From Candidatus Dadabacteria bacterium (GTDB taxonomy: Bacteria; Desulfobacterota_D; UBA1144; Nemesobacterales; CSP1-2), in NCBI GenBank assembly GCA_040289575.1, contig PSLL01000001.1, positions 1,173-29,048 on the forward strand: a stretch of 27,876 nt of DNA, read 5' to 3'. The notes below the pieces were generated by a model. The model searched no databases and was not told the DNA's origin. It saw nothing but the letters and a program-made list of their open reading frames with translations. The position numbers were made by a program, and so were the translations under genes. Within the stretch, counting starts at the first letter, position 1, and each line of letters starts with the position of its first letter. This document shows positions 1-8,639 of this stretch, piece by piece.

Positions 1-1
1 C

Positions 2-1105
2 ACCGCCGATATAGGATGGGTAACAGGGCACAGCTACATAGTCTATGGGCCGCTTTCAAACGGGGCGACATCGGTTATGTATGAGGGGGCACCCGACTTT
101 CCCGACAGAGACAGGTTTTGGGAGATAGTTGAGAAGTATGGAGTGACAATACTCTACACAGCCCCTACTGCGATAAGGACATTCATGAAATGGGGAGAGG
201 AGTATCCGAGGAGGCATAACCTGAGCACACTGAGGCTATTAGGGAGTGTAGGGGAGCCGATAAATCCGGAGGCGTGGATGTGGTATTACACAAACATAGG
301 GAATAAGAGATGCCCTATAGTGGACACATGGTGGCAGACGGAGACGGGAATGATAATGATTACCTCTCTTCCTGGGGTGACGACTCTGAAACCCGGGTCG
401 GCAACAAAGCCGTTTCCGGGCATAGAGGCGGATGTAGTGGATGAGAATGGTAGGAGCGTAAAGGTAGGCGCGGGATATCTGGTGCTCAAGAATCCATGGC
501 CTGCGATGCTGAGGACGATATACGGAGACCCGGAGCGATACATTGACCAGTATTGGAGGAGGTTTCCGGGGATGTATTTCACGGGGGATGGGGCGCGAAG
601 GGATAAGAACGGGTATTTTTGGTTATTGGGTAGGGTGGATGATGTGATGAATGTATCTGGTCACAGGGTGAGCACAATGGAGGTGGAAAGTGCATTGGTA
701 GACCATCCTGCTGTGGCGGAGGCGGCGGTTATAGGGAAGGCACATGACATAAAGGGACAGGCAGTGGTGGCATTTGTAACGCTTAAGGAGGGGATACAGC
801 CGAGATCAGGAGTAATGGATGATTGGACATTGGCTGAGGGTGAGACCAGACCCGATATTATGGCACGGTCAACCTCGGAGTTAATAGAGGAGCTTAAGAA
901 GCACGTAACAAATAAGATAGGGGCCATAGCAAGGCCGGATGACATAATATTTACTGCGGAGTTGCCCAAGACGAGGAGTGGAAAGATAATGCGGAGGCTC
1001 CTTAGGGACATTGCAGAGGGGAGGGTTTTGGGGGACACGACAACCCTTGCCGATCCTACGGTTGTAAGGCAACTAAAGGATAAATATGAGCAAAAAGAGG
1101 AATAG
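2..1105 (+). CDS. acs: Acetyl-CoA synthetase (AMP-forming), 5'-truncated by the window edge
   Basis: Frame is open from nt 2 ([18 protein letters not shown]). Motifs [29 protein letters not shown] and [11 protein letters not shown] (acetylatable Lys) are present. Confidence 0.97.
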   Translation, partial: TADIGWVTGHSYIVYGPLSNGATSVMYEGAPDFPDRDRFWEIVEKYGVTILYTAPTAIRTFMKWGEEYPRRHNLSTLRLLGSVGEPINPEAWMWYYTNIGNKRCPIVDTWWQTETGMIMITSLPGVTTLKPGSATKPFPGIEADVVDENGRSVKVGAGYLVLKNPWPAMLRTIYGDPERYIDQYWRRFPGMYFTGDGARRDKNGYFWLLGRVDDVMNVSGHRVSTMEVESALVDHPAVAEAAVIGKAHDIKGQAVVAFVTLKEGIQPRSGVMDDWTLAEGETRPDIMARSTSELIEELKKHVTNKIGAIARPDDIIFTAELPKTRSGKIMRRLLRDIAEGRVLGDTTTLADPTVVRQLKDKYEQKEE

Positions 1106-1159
1106 GCTTTTTGTTGGACAATGTAATTTCAAGATCTGCTGTAGACTCGAAATTGGTTG

Positions 1160-2110
1160 CTACATGGTCACAAAGATCAATTTCGCCGGACTCATTAGAG
1201 AGACATCAATTATCAAGGATGCCATAAGAGTGAGTATGTAAAGTATGGACACGCCAAATGCCTTTCCATAGTCTGCGCTTTTACGCACACTCTGGAGCAT
1301 GACATACTCAAAATAGGCGCCGAGTACGACCGCCGCAATCGCATAGTATACGGAACAATATCCAAAGAACCAAAGAGATAGGGAAAGTGGGAGGAGCGAT
1401 AGCGAGTATATAAGCATGAGTATATTCGTGTATTTTGTTCCCATAATGACCGGCATTACGGGTATCCCGGCTCTCCTATATTCTTCTTTGTATTTCTGAG
1501 CAAGTGCCCAGAAGTGTGGGGGCTGCCAGAGCATCATAATAAGGAAGAGGATTATCCCATCAATTCCTATTTTGGGATTTACTGCGGAATACCCGATGAG
1601 AACCGGAAGGGCGCCGGGAATTCCTCCTGGAATCGTTCCATAAGGTGAGAAACGCTTGAGATAGAGCGTGTAGAGAAAGGTATAGCTTAAAATAGCCGCA
1701 ATAATGAGCACTCCATTTATGTAGTTTAGAAAGAGAAAGGAGATAAAGAGCGAAATTGATATAAAAAGAATTGAGATAAAAATCGCCTCTTTCTCACCGA
1801 TCACTCGGAGCGCTTCAACACGCCTGCTCAACCTCTCCATCATAATGTCGATCTGCTTGTCAAATATGTTGTTTAAAATTGCGGACCCTGATGCGCTCAG
1901 GAATAGGGATAGAATATCGAACAAGACGATGTCTCCGGATGGAATACCTCTGTTGGCAAGCACCATTCCGGCAAATCCGGTAAATGTAACACTCGCTATA
2001 ATCCCCGGTTTTATAAGGAGAATAAGTGAAACCAGAATGTTTTTTAGAGTCTTACCCGTTGTTTTTAATTTAGTTTCATGACCACTACTTGCTATTATAT
2101 CCAAGTGCAT
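1160..2110 (-). CDS. ctaB: Heme O synthase (protoheme IX farnesyltransferase)
   Basis: LIKPGI, NNIFDKQIDIMMER, YTLYLKR, GGIPGALPVLIG, WQPPHFWALA, EYRRAGIPVMP; purine-rich RBS before ATG 2110. Confidence 0.95.
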   Translation of the reverse strand: MHLDIIASSGHETKLKTTGKTLKNILVSLILLIKPGIIASVTFTGFAGMVLANRGIPSGDIVLFDILSLFLSASGSAILNNIFDKQIDIMMERLSRRVEALRVIGEKEAIFISILFISISLFISFLFLNYINGVLIIAAILSYTFLYTLYLKRFSPYGTIPGGIPGALPVLIGYSAVNPKIGIDGIILFLIMMLWQPPHFWALAQKYKEEYRRAGIPVMPVIMGTKYTNILMLIYSLSLLPLSLSLWFFGYCSVYYAIAAVVLGAYFEYVMLQSVRKSADYGKAFGVSILYILTLMASLIIDVSLMSPAKLIFVTM

Positions 2111-2138
2111 AACTTCCCCTATTTGCTATCACAACTAA

Positions 2139-2993
2139 TTATACACGGTTTTCTGTCATTTCCTGAAACCATGTGTGAAGTACAATGGAAAGTATTAAAA
2201 GGGCAACGGCGAGGTGAAGGGCTGTTGTGAGAAAGTAGAGCTTAGAGTGTATGACTCCCACACCTATCCCAATTTGAACAAATATAAGGCCGAGTAGAAT
2301 TAGAACCTTTGAGCGGTCTCGCCTGAGTGCTGAATTTAGGTATGTGCCGATAAAGATTGCAAGTACCGTAAGAAAAATGACATAGGCAAGTGTCCTGTGT
2401 GAGAAGTGAATAAGAACTATCCCCGAAAGCTCAGGAGGAATCCAATATCCCAGACACGTTGGAAAATCCGGACACGCAAGCCCGGCTTCGGAGTGCCTTA
2501 CATAAGCCCCTAAAACCGCCTGAGAGAAAACCATAAGCCCCAAAAGGAGGAATAAAGTACTGTATCTCTGGATTGAAAAAATCGGCTCATTTTTCTTACC
2601 ATCAAAAAACGCCATATAGAATGTGAGGGAATAGATAAAAATGGCATTCGCAAAATGAACCGTTGTGAGATTGACCGGAAGCTCTAATAGAACGACTATT
2701 CCTCCGAGTGCTATCTGAACCAGGAGAAGAACCACTGTAAGAATTGGAATGAGCTTAGATTTGCCCGTGTATTGGCGAAATCTCTGATATGAAAGTACTA
2801 TGAGAAAAACCGATGCTACAACCCCGAGTATGCGATGCGTAAACTCTGTGTATATATCCCACCTGAAAGGGGGAAGAACCCTGCCGTGGCAAAGAGGCCA
2901 GTCGGGACAGCCAAGCCCTGCCTTTAGTCCGGCGACAATATTACCCCATACAAGGAGGAGAAAGAGAAAAAAAACGGCAATCTTGCCTATCAT
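2139..2993 (-). CDS. ctaA: Heme A synthase, type 1 with two Cys pairs
   Basis: GLGCPDWPLCHG, EFTHR, GLACPDFPTCLG, HFSHR, HLAVA. Start moved to ATG 2993, just after the coxD stop. Confidence 0.93.
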   Translation of the reverse strand: MIGKIAVFFLFLLLVWGNIVAGLKAGLGCPDWPLCHGRVLPPFRWDIYTEFTHRILGVVASVFLIVLSYQRFRQYTGKSKLIPILTVVLLLVQIALGGIVVLLELPVNLTTVHFANAIFIYSLTFYMAFFDGKKNEPIFSIQRYSTLFLLLGLMVFSQAVLGAYVRHSEAGLACPDFPTCLGYWIPPELSGIVLIHFSHRTLAYVIFLTVLAIFIGTYLNSALRRDRSKVLILLGLIFVQIGIGVGVIHSKLYFLTTALHLAVALLILSIVLHTWFQEMTENRV

Positions 2994-2997
2994 AATG

Positions 2998-3306
2998 CTA
3001 AGGCGACACCGGGGTTCTAAAGAACACATCGCTCATACTTAGACTTATGAGTATAGCGAGGAGTGCCAGTGGGTAAAGGAAGAATACCCATGTGATCTTT
3101 TCTTCAAACTTAAGGTGCATAAAGTAGAGCGCAACAAGGGATGCCTTTAAAGAGGCGATTCCAAGCGCGATCACCAGATTAAACGTCCCAAAATGCACAT
3201 ACGAGGCGGCAACAGTAATTACGGTTAAGATTATGAGCGCTATCCATACCGCAACATAGGTTCCGCTTCCTGTAGCGTGATTCTCGATATGCGCTTTTGT
3301 CTCCAT
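2998..3306 (-). CDS. coxD: Cytochrome c oxidase subunit IV (CtaF/CyoD family)
   Basis: Three TM helices, KASLVALYFMHLKFE motif, operon position. Confidence 0.92.
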   Translation of the reverse strand: METKAHIENHATGSGTYVAVWIALIILTVITVAASYVHFGTFNLVIALGIASLKASLVALYFMHLKFEEKITWVFFLYPLALLAILISLSMSDVFFRTPVSP

Positions 3307-3368
3307 GTTTAAGTGCCTCCATCTTTTTTAGGTATTGGATTTTCCTGATGCCTGACACCCAATACCCA

Positions 3369-3971
3369 TTATCCTATTAGGTAAAGCAGGGGGAAAAGAT
3401 ATATCCATATAAGGTCTACAAGGTGCCAATAAATCCCACCAAGCTCTACCGGCGTGTTGTACTTATCGGAGAACCTCCCCGTAAAGGACAAGGCAAGCAT
3501 CACCGCGAGAACAAGAAGACCTGCAATGACATGTATCATGTGGAGTCCAGTCATCATAAAGTAGAGAGAGAAAAAGATACTGGTTCCCGGGTAGTTACCA
3601 TCTCTAAACTCATGTCCCCACTCAAAGTACTTATTAATCAAAAACATCATACCAAATAGTATCGTAAGCGATAAAAATAGCCTAAGGAGCTCCTGTTTCC
3701 CCCGTTTAATTGATGTGACCCCAAGTGCCATGGTCAGACTGCTGCAGATTAGAATCACAGTGTTTATAGCTCCAATGGGTTTATTAAGCTCAAGGTGCTG
3801 TTCATGAAACATCTCGGGATACTTTGCTCTGTAAATCGTATATGCTGTAAAAAGACCCCCAAAGAGCAGAAGCTCGGTGGCTATAAAAAGCCACATCCCG
3901 AATTTTGATGACTCATACCCAACTACCGGGTCTACGTGATGGGCATGGGCGCGTTCTACCATTTCTTCCAT
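3369..3971 (-). CDS. coxC: Cytochrome c oxidase subunit III (short form)
   Basis: GMWLFIATELLLFGGLF, NTVILICSS, TGLHMIHV, YWHLVDLIWIYLFPLLY. Confidence 0.96.
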   Translation of the reverse strand: MEEMVERAHAHHVDPVVGYESSKFGMWLFIATELLLFGGLFTAYTIYRAKYPEMFHEQHLELNKPIGAINTVILICSSLTMALGVTSIKRGKQELLRLFLSLTILFGMMFLINKYFEWGHEFRDGNYPGTSIFFSLYFMMTGLHMIHVIAGLLVLAVMLALSFTGRFSDKYNTPVELGGIYWHLVDLIWIYLFPLLYLIG

Positions 3972-3989
3972 AATCCCTGATTCCTCCTA

Positions 3990-5588
3990 TTATTTTTTCC
4001 CGTATCCATATGTCCAGTCGGTTACATAGGGTATTTCTTCAAAGTTCTCATGTGGCGGAGGCGATGGCACCTGCCACTCCAGTGACAGTGAGCCATAAGG
4101 GTTCTGTGGTGCCTTCTCCCCATTCGATAAACCCCTTATCAGGTTGATTGCCATCAAGAACAGGCCAGCTGCCAGGATCCAGGAACCAATCGTTGAAAGC
4201 TCATGCAGGGGTTGGTACTTTGGCATGTAGTCATAATACCTCCTGGGCATCCCTTCAGTACCTAAGATAAACTGAGGAAAGAATGTCACATTGAAGCCTA
4301 TAAATATAAGTGCCCATGCAATCTTTGCGACCTTTTCATTAAACATCTTTCCGGTTATTTTGGGATACCAGAAGTGGAGCGCTGCCAGAAATCCCATTAC
4401 CGTTCCGCCTATCATCACATAATGCATGTGCGCAACCACAAAATAGGTGTCGTGAATATGTACATCCACAGCAAGTGCGGCGAGGAAGACACCGGTAAGC
4501 CCTCCTATAGTGAAAAGGAATATAAAGGAGAGGGCATAAAGCATTGGGGATTTAAGGTCTATAGAACCTCTATACATCGTAGCCGTCCAGTTGAAGACCT
4601 TGATTGCCGTTGGAATTGCGACCAGAAAGGTCAGAAAAGAGAAGATCATCGCCGCCAGTTGCGATATGCCATTTGTAAACATATGGTGCGCCCAAACAAG
4701 AAAACTGATAAGCGCTATAGCGAGGCTTGAATATGCAATGGCTTTATAACCGAATATCGGTTTTCTGGAAAACACGGGAATTATCTCGGATATAACACCC
4801 ATAGCCGGAATGATCATAATATATACAGCCGGGTGAGAATAGAACCAGAAGAAGTGCTGGAATAAAACGGGGTCTCCCCCCTTTGCGGGGTCAAAGAATC
4901 CGATTCCAAAAACCCTCTCGGCGATAAGGAGGAGGAGCGAAATCCCGATAACGGGGGTGGCAAGAACCTGAAGTATAGCTGTTGCATACGATGCCCAGAT
5001 AAAGAGAGGAAGGCGATGCCATGTCATACCGGGGGCTCTCAGCTTCTGAATGGTTACAATGAAGTTGAGTCCGGTAAGAATCGAGGAAAAACCCGCCACA
5101 AAAATTCCAAATGTAAGTAGAATTACATCGGTACCGGTTCTTATACTATAGGGTGTGTAAAATGTCCATCCGGTATCCGCAGGCTGCAAGAGCGATGCGA
5201 TGATAATGATCGCGCCTGCTATATAGAGATACCAACTCATTAGATTAAGCCGCGGAAACGCCACGTCCCTTGCCCCTATCATAAGCGGGATAAGGAAGTT
5301 TCCAAAGCTTGCGGCAAGTCCGGGAACGATAAAAAGAAAAACCATTACAGTTCCATGGAACGTAAAGAGCGTATTGTATGTATGTGCATCCACTATGGTT
5401 TTTCCGGGGGTTAGAAGCTCAAGTCTCACAAGAAGTGCAGCGATGCCACCTACAATAAAAAATGTGGAAATGGACAAAAGATATAGAATGCTTATTCTCT
5501 TATGATCCGTAGATGTGAGCCAAGAGATTAACCCCTTTTCCTCTAGATAGGGCATTGGTATAGTCTCGGCAATAGTATGGTTTGCCAT
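3990..5588 (-). CDS. coxA: Cytochrome c oxidase subunit I, family A2
   Basis: [28 protein letters not shown] (A2 YS motif), [24 protein letters not shown]. Confidence 0.98.
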   Translation of the reverse strand: MANHTIAETIPMPYLEEKGLISWLTSTDHKRISILYLLSISTFFIVGGIAALLVRLELLTPGKTIVDAHTYNTLFTFHGTVMVFLFIVPGLAASFGNFLIPLMIGARDVAFPRLNLMSWYLYIAGAIIIIASLLQPADTGWTFYTPYSIRTGTDVILLTFGIFVAGFSSILTGLNFIVTIQKLRAPGMTWHRLPLFIWASYATAILQVLATPVIGISLLLLIAERVFGIGFFDPAKGGDPVLFQHFFWFYSHPAVYIMIIPAMGVISEIIPVFSRKPIFGYKAIAYSSLAIALISFLVWAHHMFTNGISQLAAMIFSFLTFLVAIPTAIKVFNWTATMYRGSIDLKSPMLYALSFIFLFTIGGLTGVFLAALAVDVHIHDTYFVVAHMHYVMIGGTVMGFLAALHFWYPKITGKMFNEKVAKIAWALIFIGFNVTFFPQFILGTEGMPRRYYDYMPKYQPLHELSTIGSWILAAGLFLMAINLIRGLSNGEKAPQNPYGSLSLEWQVPSPPPHENFEEIPYVTDWTYGYGKK

Positions 5589-5622
5589 AAGAAATACCTC
5601 CTTGTATCTCTCGTTTTAAGTC

Positions 5623-6549
5623 TTATTTTAAAGTCTTCATATATGCAATAATTGCTGAAATATCCTCGTCGCTTACCACTCCTTTAAAAGACGGCATAAC
5701 CGGCGGGTATCCGTTTACTATCTTTGCCTGAGGCTCAAGTATGGACTCCCGGACGTAGTTTTCATCTACGGTGACCTTCTGACCGTCCTGCATAACCTCT
5801 TCTTTCCCCCATAGCCCTTTCCATGTAGGTCCCACTATACGGGTTCCGTCTACGCTATGGCAGGCGTTGCAGCCCCTTTGGACATATAGTTCCTTACCAC
5901 GTTCAGCCGAAGGCGCGCCCGTCGCAACCTGCTCCTCACTCTTTTCCCATTTTTCATAATCTTCCGGGCTCATAACTATAACCTTGCCAAGCATTGCAGA
6001 ATGGCCGGTTCCACAGTACTGGGTACAGAACAGATCATATGTCCCGATTTTAGTCGCCTTAAACCATAGCTGGGTATACATGCTGGCCATCAGGTCTTGC
6101 TTCGCACGGAAGGCGGGGACAAAAAAACCGTGGTTGACGTCCTCAGACTTCATAACGAGTCTTATCGGCTTACCTTCTGGAACGCGAAGCTCGTTTATAG
6201 TGGTTTTGCCATTATCGTATTTAAACTGCCAGAGCCACTGCCTTCCGGTAACATTTATTTCAAGGGTATTGCTCGGAGGCGTCTTTATCTCTCTAAAGAC
6301 TAAAAAGCCATAAGCGAATATGATGATAAGGAGGATTGAAGGTATTACTGTCCACAGTGTCTCAAGGATATGACTGCCCGTTATATAAGGGGTTTCTTCA
6401 TTCTCCTTTTTTCTCCTGTATTTTATTGCGAAATAGACTAAAAAAAACGAGACAAGAATAAAAAATATCAGTGAAATCACCGTAACAAACCAGATAATAT
6501 GGTCTACTTTGCCAGCAAAATCCGATGCTGCCTCAGGAAGCAAACTCAT
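5623..6549 (-). CDS. coxB: Cytochrome c oxidase subunit II with CuA and fused C-terminal cytochrome c (caa3 type)
   Basis: Two TM helices, QWLWQFKY, DVNHGF, CTQYCGTGHSAM, CNACH heme motif, YPPVMP. Confidence 0.97.
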   Translation of the reverse strand: MSLLPEAASDFAGKVDHIIWFVTVISLIFFILVSFFLVYFAIKYRRKKENEETPYITGSHILETLWTVIPSILLIIIFAYGFLVFREIKTPPSNTLEINVTGRQWLWQFKYDNGKTTINELRVPEGKPIRLVMKSEDVNHGFFVPAFRAKQDLMASMYTQLWFKATKIGTYDLFCTQYCGTGHSAMLGKVIVMSPEDYEKWEKSEEQVATGAPSAERGKELYVQRGCNACHSVDGTRIVGPTWKGLWGKEEVMQDGQKVTVDENYVRESILEPQAKIVNGYPPVMPSFKGVVSDEDISAIIAYMKTLK

Positions 6550-6551
6550 TT

Positions 6552-7394
6552 CTACGGTTTTAAACCTCCATTTGTTCTTTTTTTCTCATTTCTCCAGAGA
6601 TAGGTTAATAAACCCCCGACGCACAAAAGTGTCACTACCCCTCCGGCTTTCACAATATTAAGGGCTTGAAGTGCGTACTTTTTCCCAACTGGATCGAAGT
6701 GGTAGCAATAGAGCAAAATCTGGTTGAGTATTTTAGAAGAACCTATCTCGCCCTTTGATGCCTCAAGAAGCGCAAGCCAAAGGTCCTTTGGCTGATATTG
6801 AATTCCATAAAAATAACGCGATATCTCTCCTTGTGGGGTAAGGATGACTACAACCGAAGGATGTGCAAATTGATTCCCATCCTTTTTATATCTAAATCCC
6901 ACCGCCTGTGCAAGGGCACTTGTGTCTTCTTCATCCCCCGTAAGAAAATGCCAGTCTCTTTGAGAGGGTTGAGTGTTCTTTAGCTCCTTGAGGTAATTAG
7001 CTGCCTTTTTCCTCGCAAGCTCCGGCGTCTCCGAGGGATTAAAACTCACCGTTACTATCCTGAAATCTCGCCCTAAAGAAAGAGAATCTAGTTTATTTAC
7101 AACATCTAGTATCCCGTTTAAGACATATGTGCATAGCAGAGGGCATTCATAATAATTAAGGGTTAGGATTACGGGCTTTCCATCATGAAAGAAGCCATTG
7201 AGTTTCACCGGATTACCATGCTCATCACGGAAAGTAAGGTCGAGCGGAATGTAACTGCCTAGTTTTTCGTCAACCCCTATATCTTTTACATCTGCTGCAC
7301 TTGTAATGGCGTATGCAGGGGGGCAGCAAGTCAAAAAAACAAGAATTAGGAGGCTCCTTTTTATGATTTCTAAATTGGATAAATACCTGGACAT
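6552..7394 (-). CDS. SCO1/SenC-family copper chaperone
   Basis: YYECPLLC (CxxxC), distal His in FAHPS, signal peptide and C-terminal TM. Start uncertain: 7394 preferred over 7457. Confidence 0.9.
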   Translation of the reverse strand: MSRYLSNLEIIKRSLLILVFLTCCPPAYAITSAADVKDIGVDEKLGSYIPLDLTFRDEHGNPVKLNGFFHDGKPVILTLNYYECPLLCTYVLNGILDVVNKLDSLSLGRDFRIVTVSFNPSETPELARKKAANYLKELKNTQPSQRDWHFLTGDEEDTSALAQAVGFRYKKDGNQFAHPSVVVILTPQGEISRYFYGIQYQPKDLWLALLEASKGEIGSSKILNQILLYCYHFDPVGKKYALQALNIVKAGGVVTLLCVGGLLTYLWRNEKKRTNGGLKP

Positions 7395-7465
7395 CTCAGA
7401 GTTGATTGCTCCTTCTCCCCAAGATTCACCTCTATCATTGCACAAAACCCGCCGCATTCAGCCAT
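7370..7465 (-). CDS. Candidate 31-aa leader peptide or small protein MAECGGFCAMIEVNLGEKEQSTLRCPGIYPI
   Basis: AAGGAG (7480-7475) lies 9 nt before ATG 7465; stop TAG at 7372-7370. Too short for the ORF track. Confidence 0.35.
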   Translation of the reverse strand: MAECGGFCAMIEVNLGEKEQSTLRCPGIYPI

Positions 7466-7596
7466 GATTCGCCACTCCTTTATTTTGTTGATACGCTGGA
7501 GTTAAAAGCAGGCTATGCTATATTGAATCTTGAGGTTATCCCATATTTTGAGATTATCCTATCATAAAAGCACTAAGGAAATTTTAGTGCCTACTT

Positions 7597-7625
7597 AGTT
7601 TAAGCAGTTTCCTACATCCTGTCAA
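7597..7625 (-). promoter_or_regulatory. Sigma70-type promoter for the cox operon
   Basis: TTGACA (7625-7620), 17 nt, TAAACT (7602-7597). Confidence 0.65.
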
Positions 7626-7632
7626 GAATCTG

Positions 7633-7661
7633 TTGACTTTTCCATTGGCTTATTTTAAATT
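7633..7661 (+). promoter_or_regulatory. Sigma70-type promoter for lsrF
   Basis: TTGACT (7633-7638), 17 nt, TAAATT (7656-7661). Confidence 0.55.
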
Positions 7662-7706
7662 CTCTAAGAGTCTAAAATTAAAAACAAAAGTGAGGTGCAA
7701 TTCATA

Positions 7707-8522
7707 ATGGACTGGGGAATGAAAAACCGTATAGCGCGAATTATTAGGCCCGACACAGGCCGCGCCGTCATGCTTGCGGTAGACCATGGATATTTTCTTG
7801 GACCTACAACCAAATTGGAGGTTCCGCGTAAAACCATAGAGCCTTTGATTCCTTATGCCGACTCCCTAATGCTTACGCGAGGGGTTCTGCGGACATCCGT
7901 TGACCCCAATTCCAGAACAAATGTGGTTTTGCGCGTATCCGGCGGCGTAAGCATCATAGGCCCATCGCTTGCCAATGAGGGAATATCTACTTCTATTAAG
8001 GATGCCATCCGTCTAAATGTCGCCGGGGTCGGTTTATCAATCTTTGTGGGAACCGAATATGAGCGTCAGACGCTACTTGGCTTGGCGGAGCTTGTCAATC
8101 AGGGGGAGGAATACGGCATTCCCGTCTTAGCTATTACGGCTGTGGGCAGGGAGCTTGAAAAAAGGGATGCCCGATTTCTGTCTCTCTGCTGTCGAATCGC
8201 CGCTGAATTAGGGGCACATCTGGTCAAAACCTATTACTGTGAGGACTTCGAGAGGGTAACAGAGAGCTGTCCGGTGCCGATAGTCATAGCGGGGGGACCA
8301 AAGCTTGCAACGGAACTCGATGCCTTAGAGATGGCTTATAACGCCATTCAGCAGGGCGCTGTAGGGGTTGATATGGGTAGGAATATATGGCAATCGGATT
8401 ATCCCGTAGCCATGATTAGGGCTATTCGCGCTGTTGTCCATGAGAACTACACGCCTAGGGAGGCTCATGACCTCTTTAGGAGCCTTAAGGATGGAGAGGT
8501 TAAAAAGGCGGCTAGTGGGTAG
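7707..8522 (+). CDS. lsrF: LsrF-family thiolase/aldolase (DhnA-like class I aldolase fold)
   Basis: MDWGMKNRIARI, MLAVDHGYFLGPT, RIAAELGAHLVKTYY, PIVIAGG, GVDMGRNIWQ; GAGGTG RBS before ATG 7707. Confidence 0.88.
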   Translation: MDWGMKNRIARIIRPDTGRAVMLAVDHGYFLGPTTKLEVPRKTIEPLIPYADSLMLTRGVLRTSVDPNSRTNVVLRVSGGVSIIGPSLANEGISTSIKDAIRLNVAGVGLSIFVGTEYERQTLLGLAELVNQGEEYGIPVLAITAVGRELEKRDARFLSLCCRIAAELGAHLVKTYYCEDFERVTESCPVPIVIAGGPKLATELDALEMAYNAIQQGAVGVDMGRNIWQSDYPVAMIRAIRAVVHENYTPREAHDLFRSLKDGEVKKAASG

Positions 8523-8534
8523 TTTCAGATTTAA

Positions 8535-8617
8535 TTAGCCACGAATATAAGAAATCAGGATACATGGACTTAAGGTTTTTCCCCTGTATTCTTCTGCTCG
8601 TGTTCATTTGTGTCTAA
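8535..8617. repeat. Intergenic element bounded by imperfect inverted repeats
   Basis: TTAGCCACGAAT (8535-8546) and ATTTGTGTCTAA (8606-8617) are 10/12 complementary. Related half-sites occur at about 10249, 11628 and 25371. Confidence 0.55.
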
Positions 8618-8639
8618 ATCCAAATCGTTAACCAACAAC

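Noticed and set aside
7621..7637. GTCAA-N7-TTGAC as an FNR/CRP-type site
   Set aside because: Half-site order and spacing do not match TTGAT-N4-ATCAA; two divergent -35 boxes explain it.
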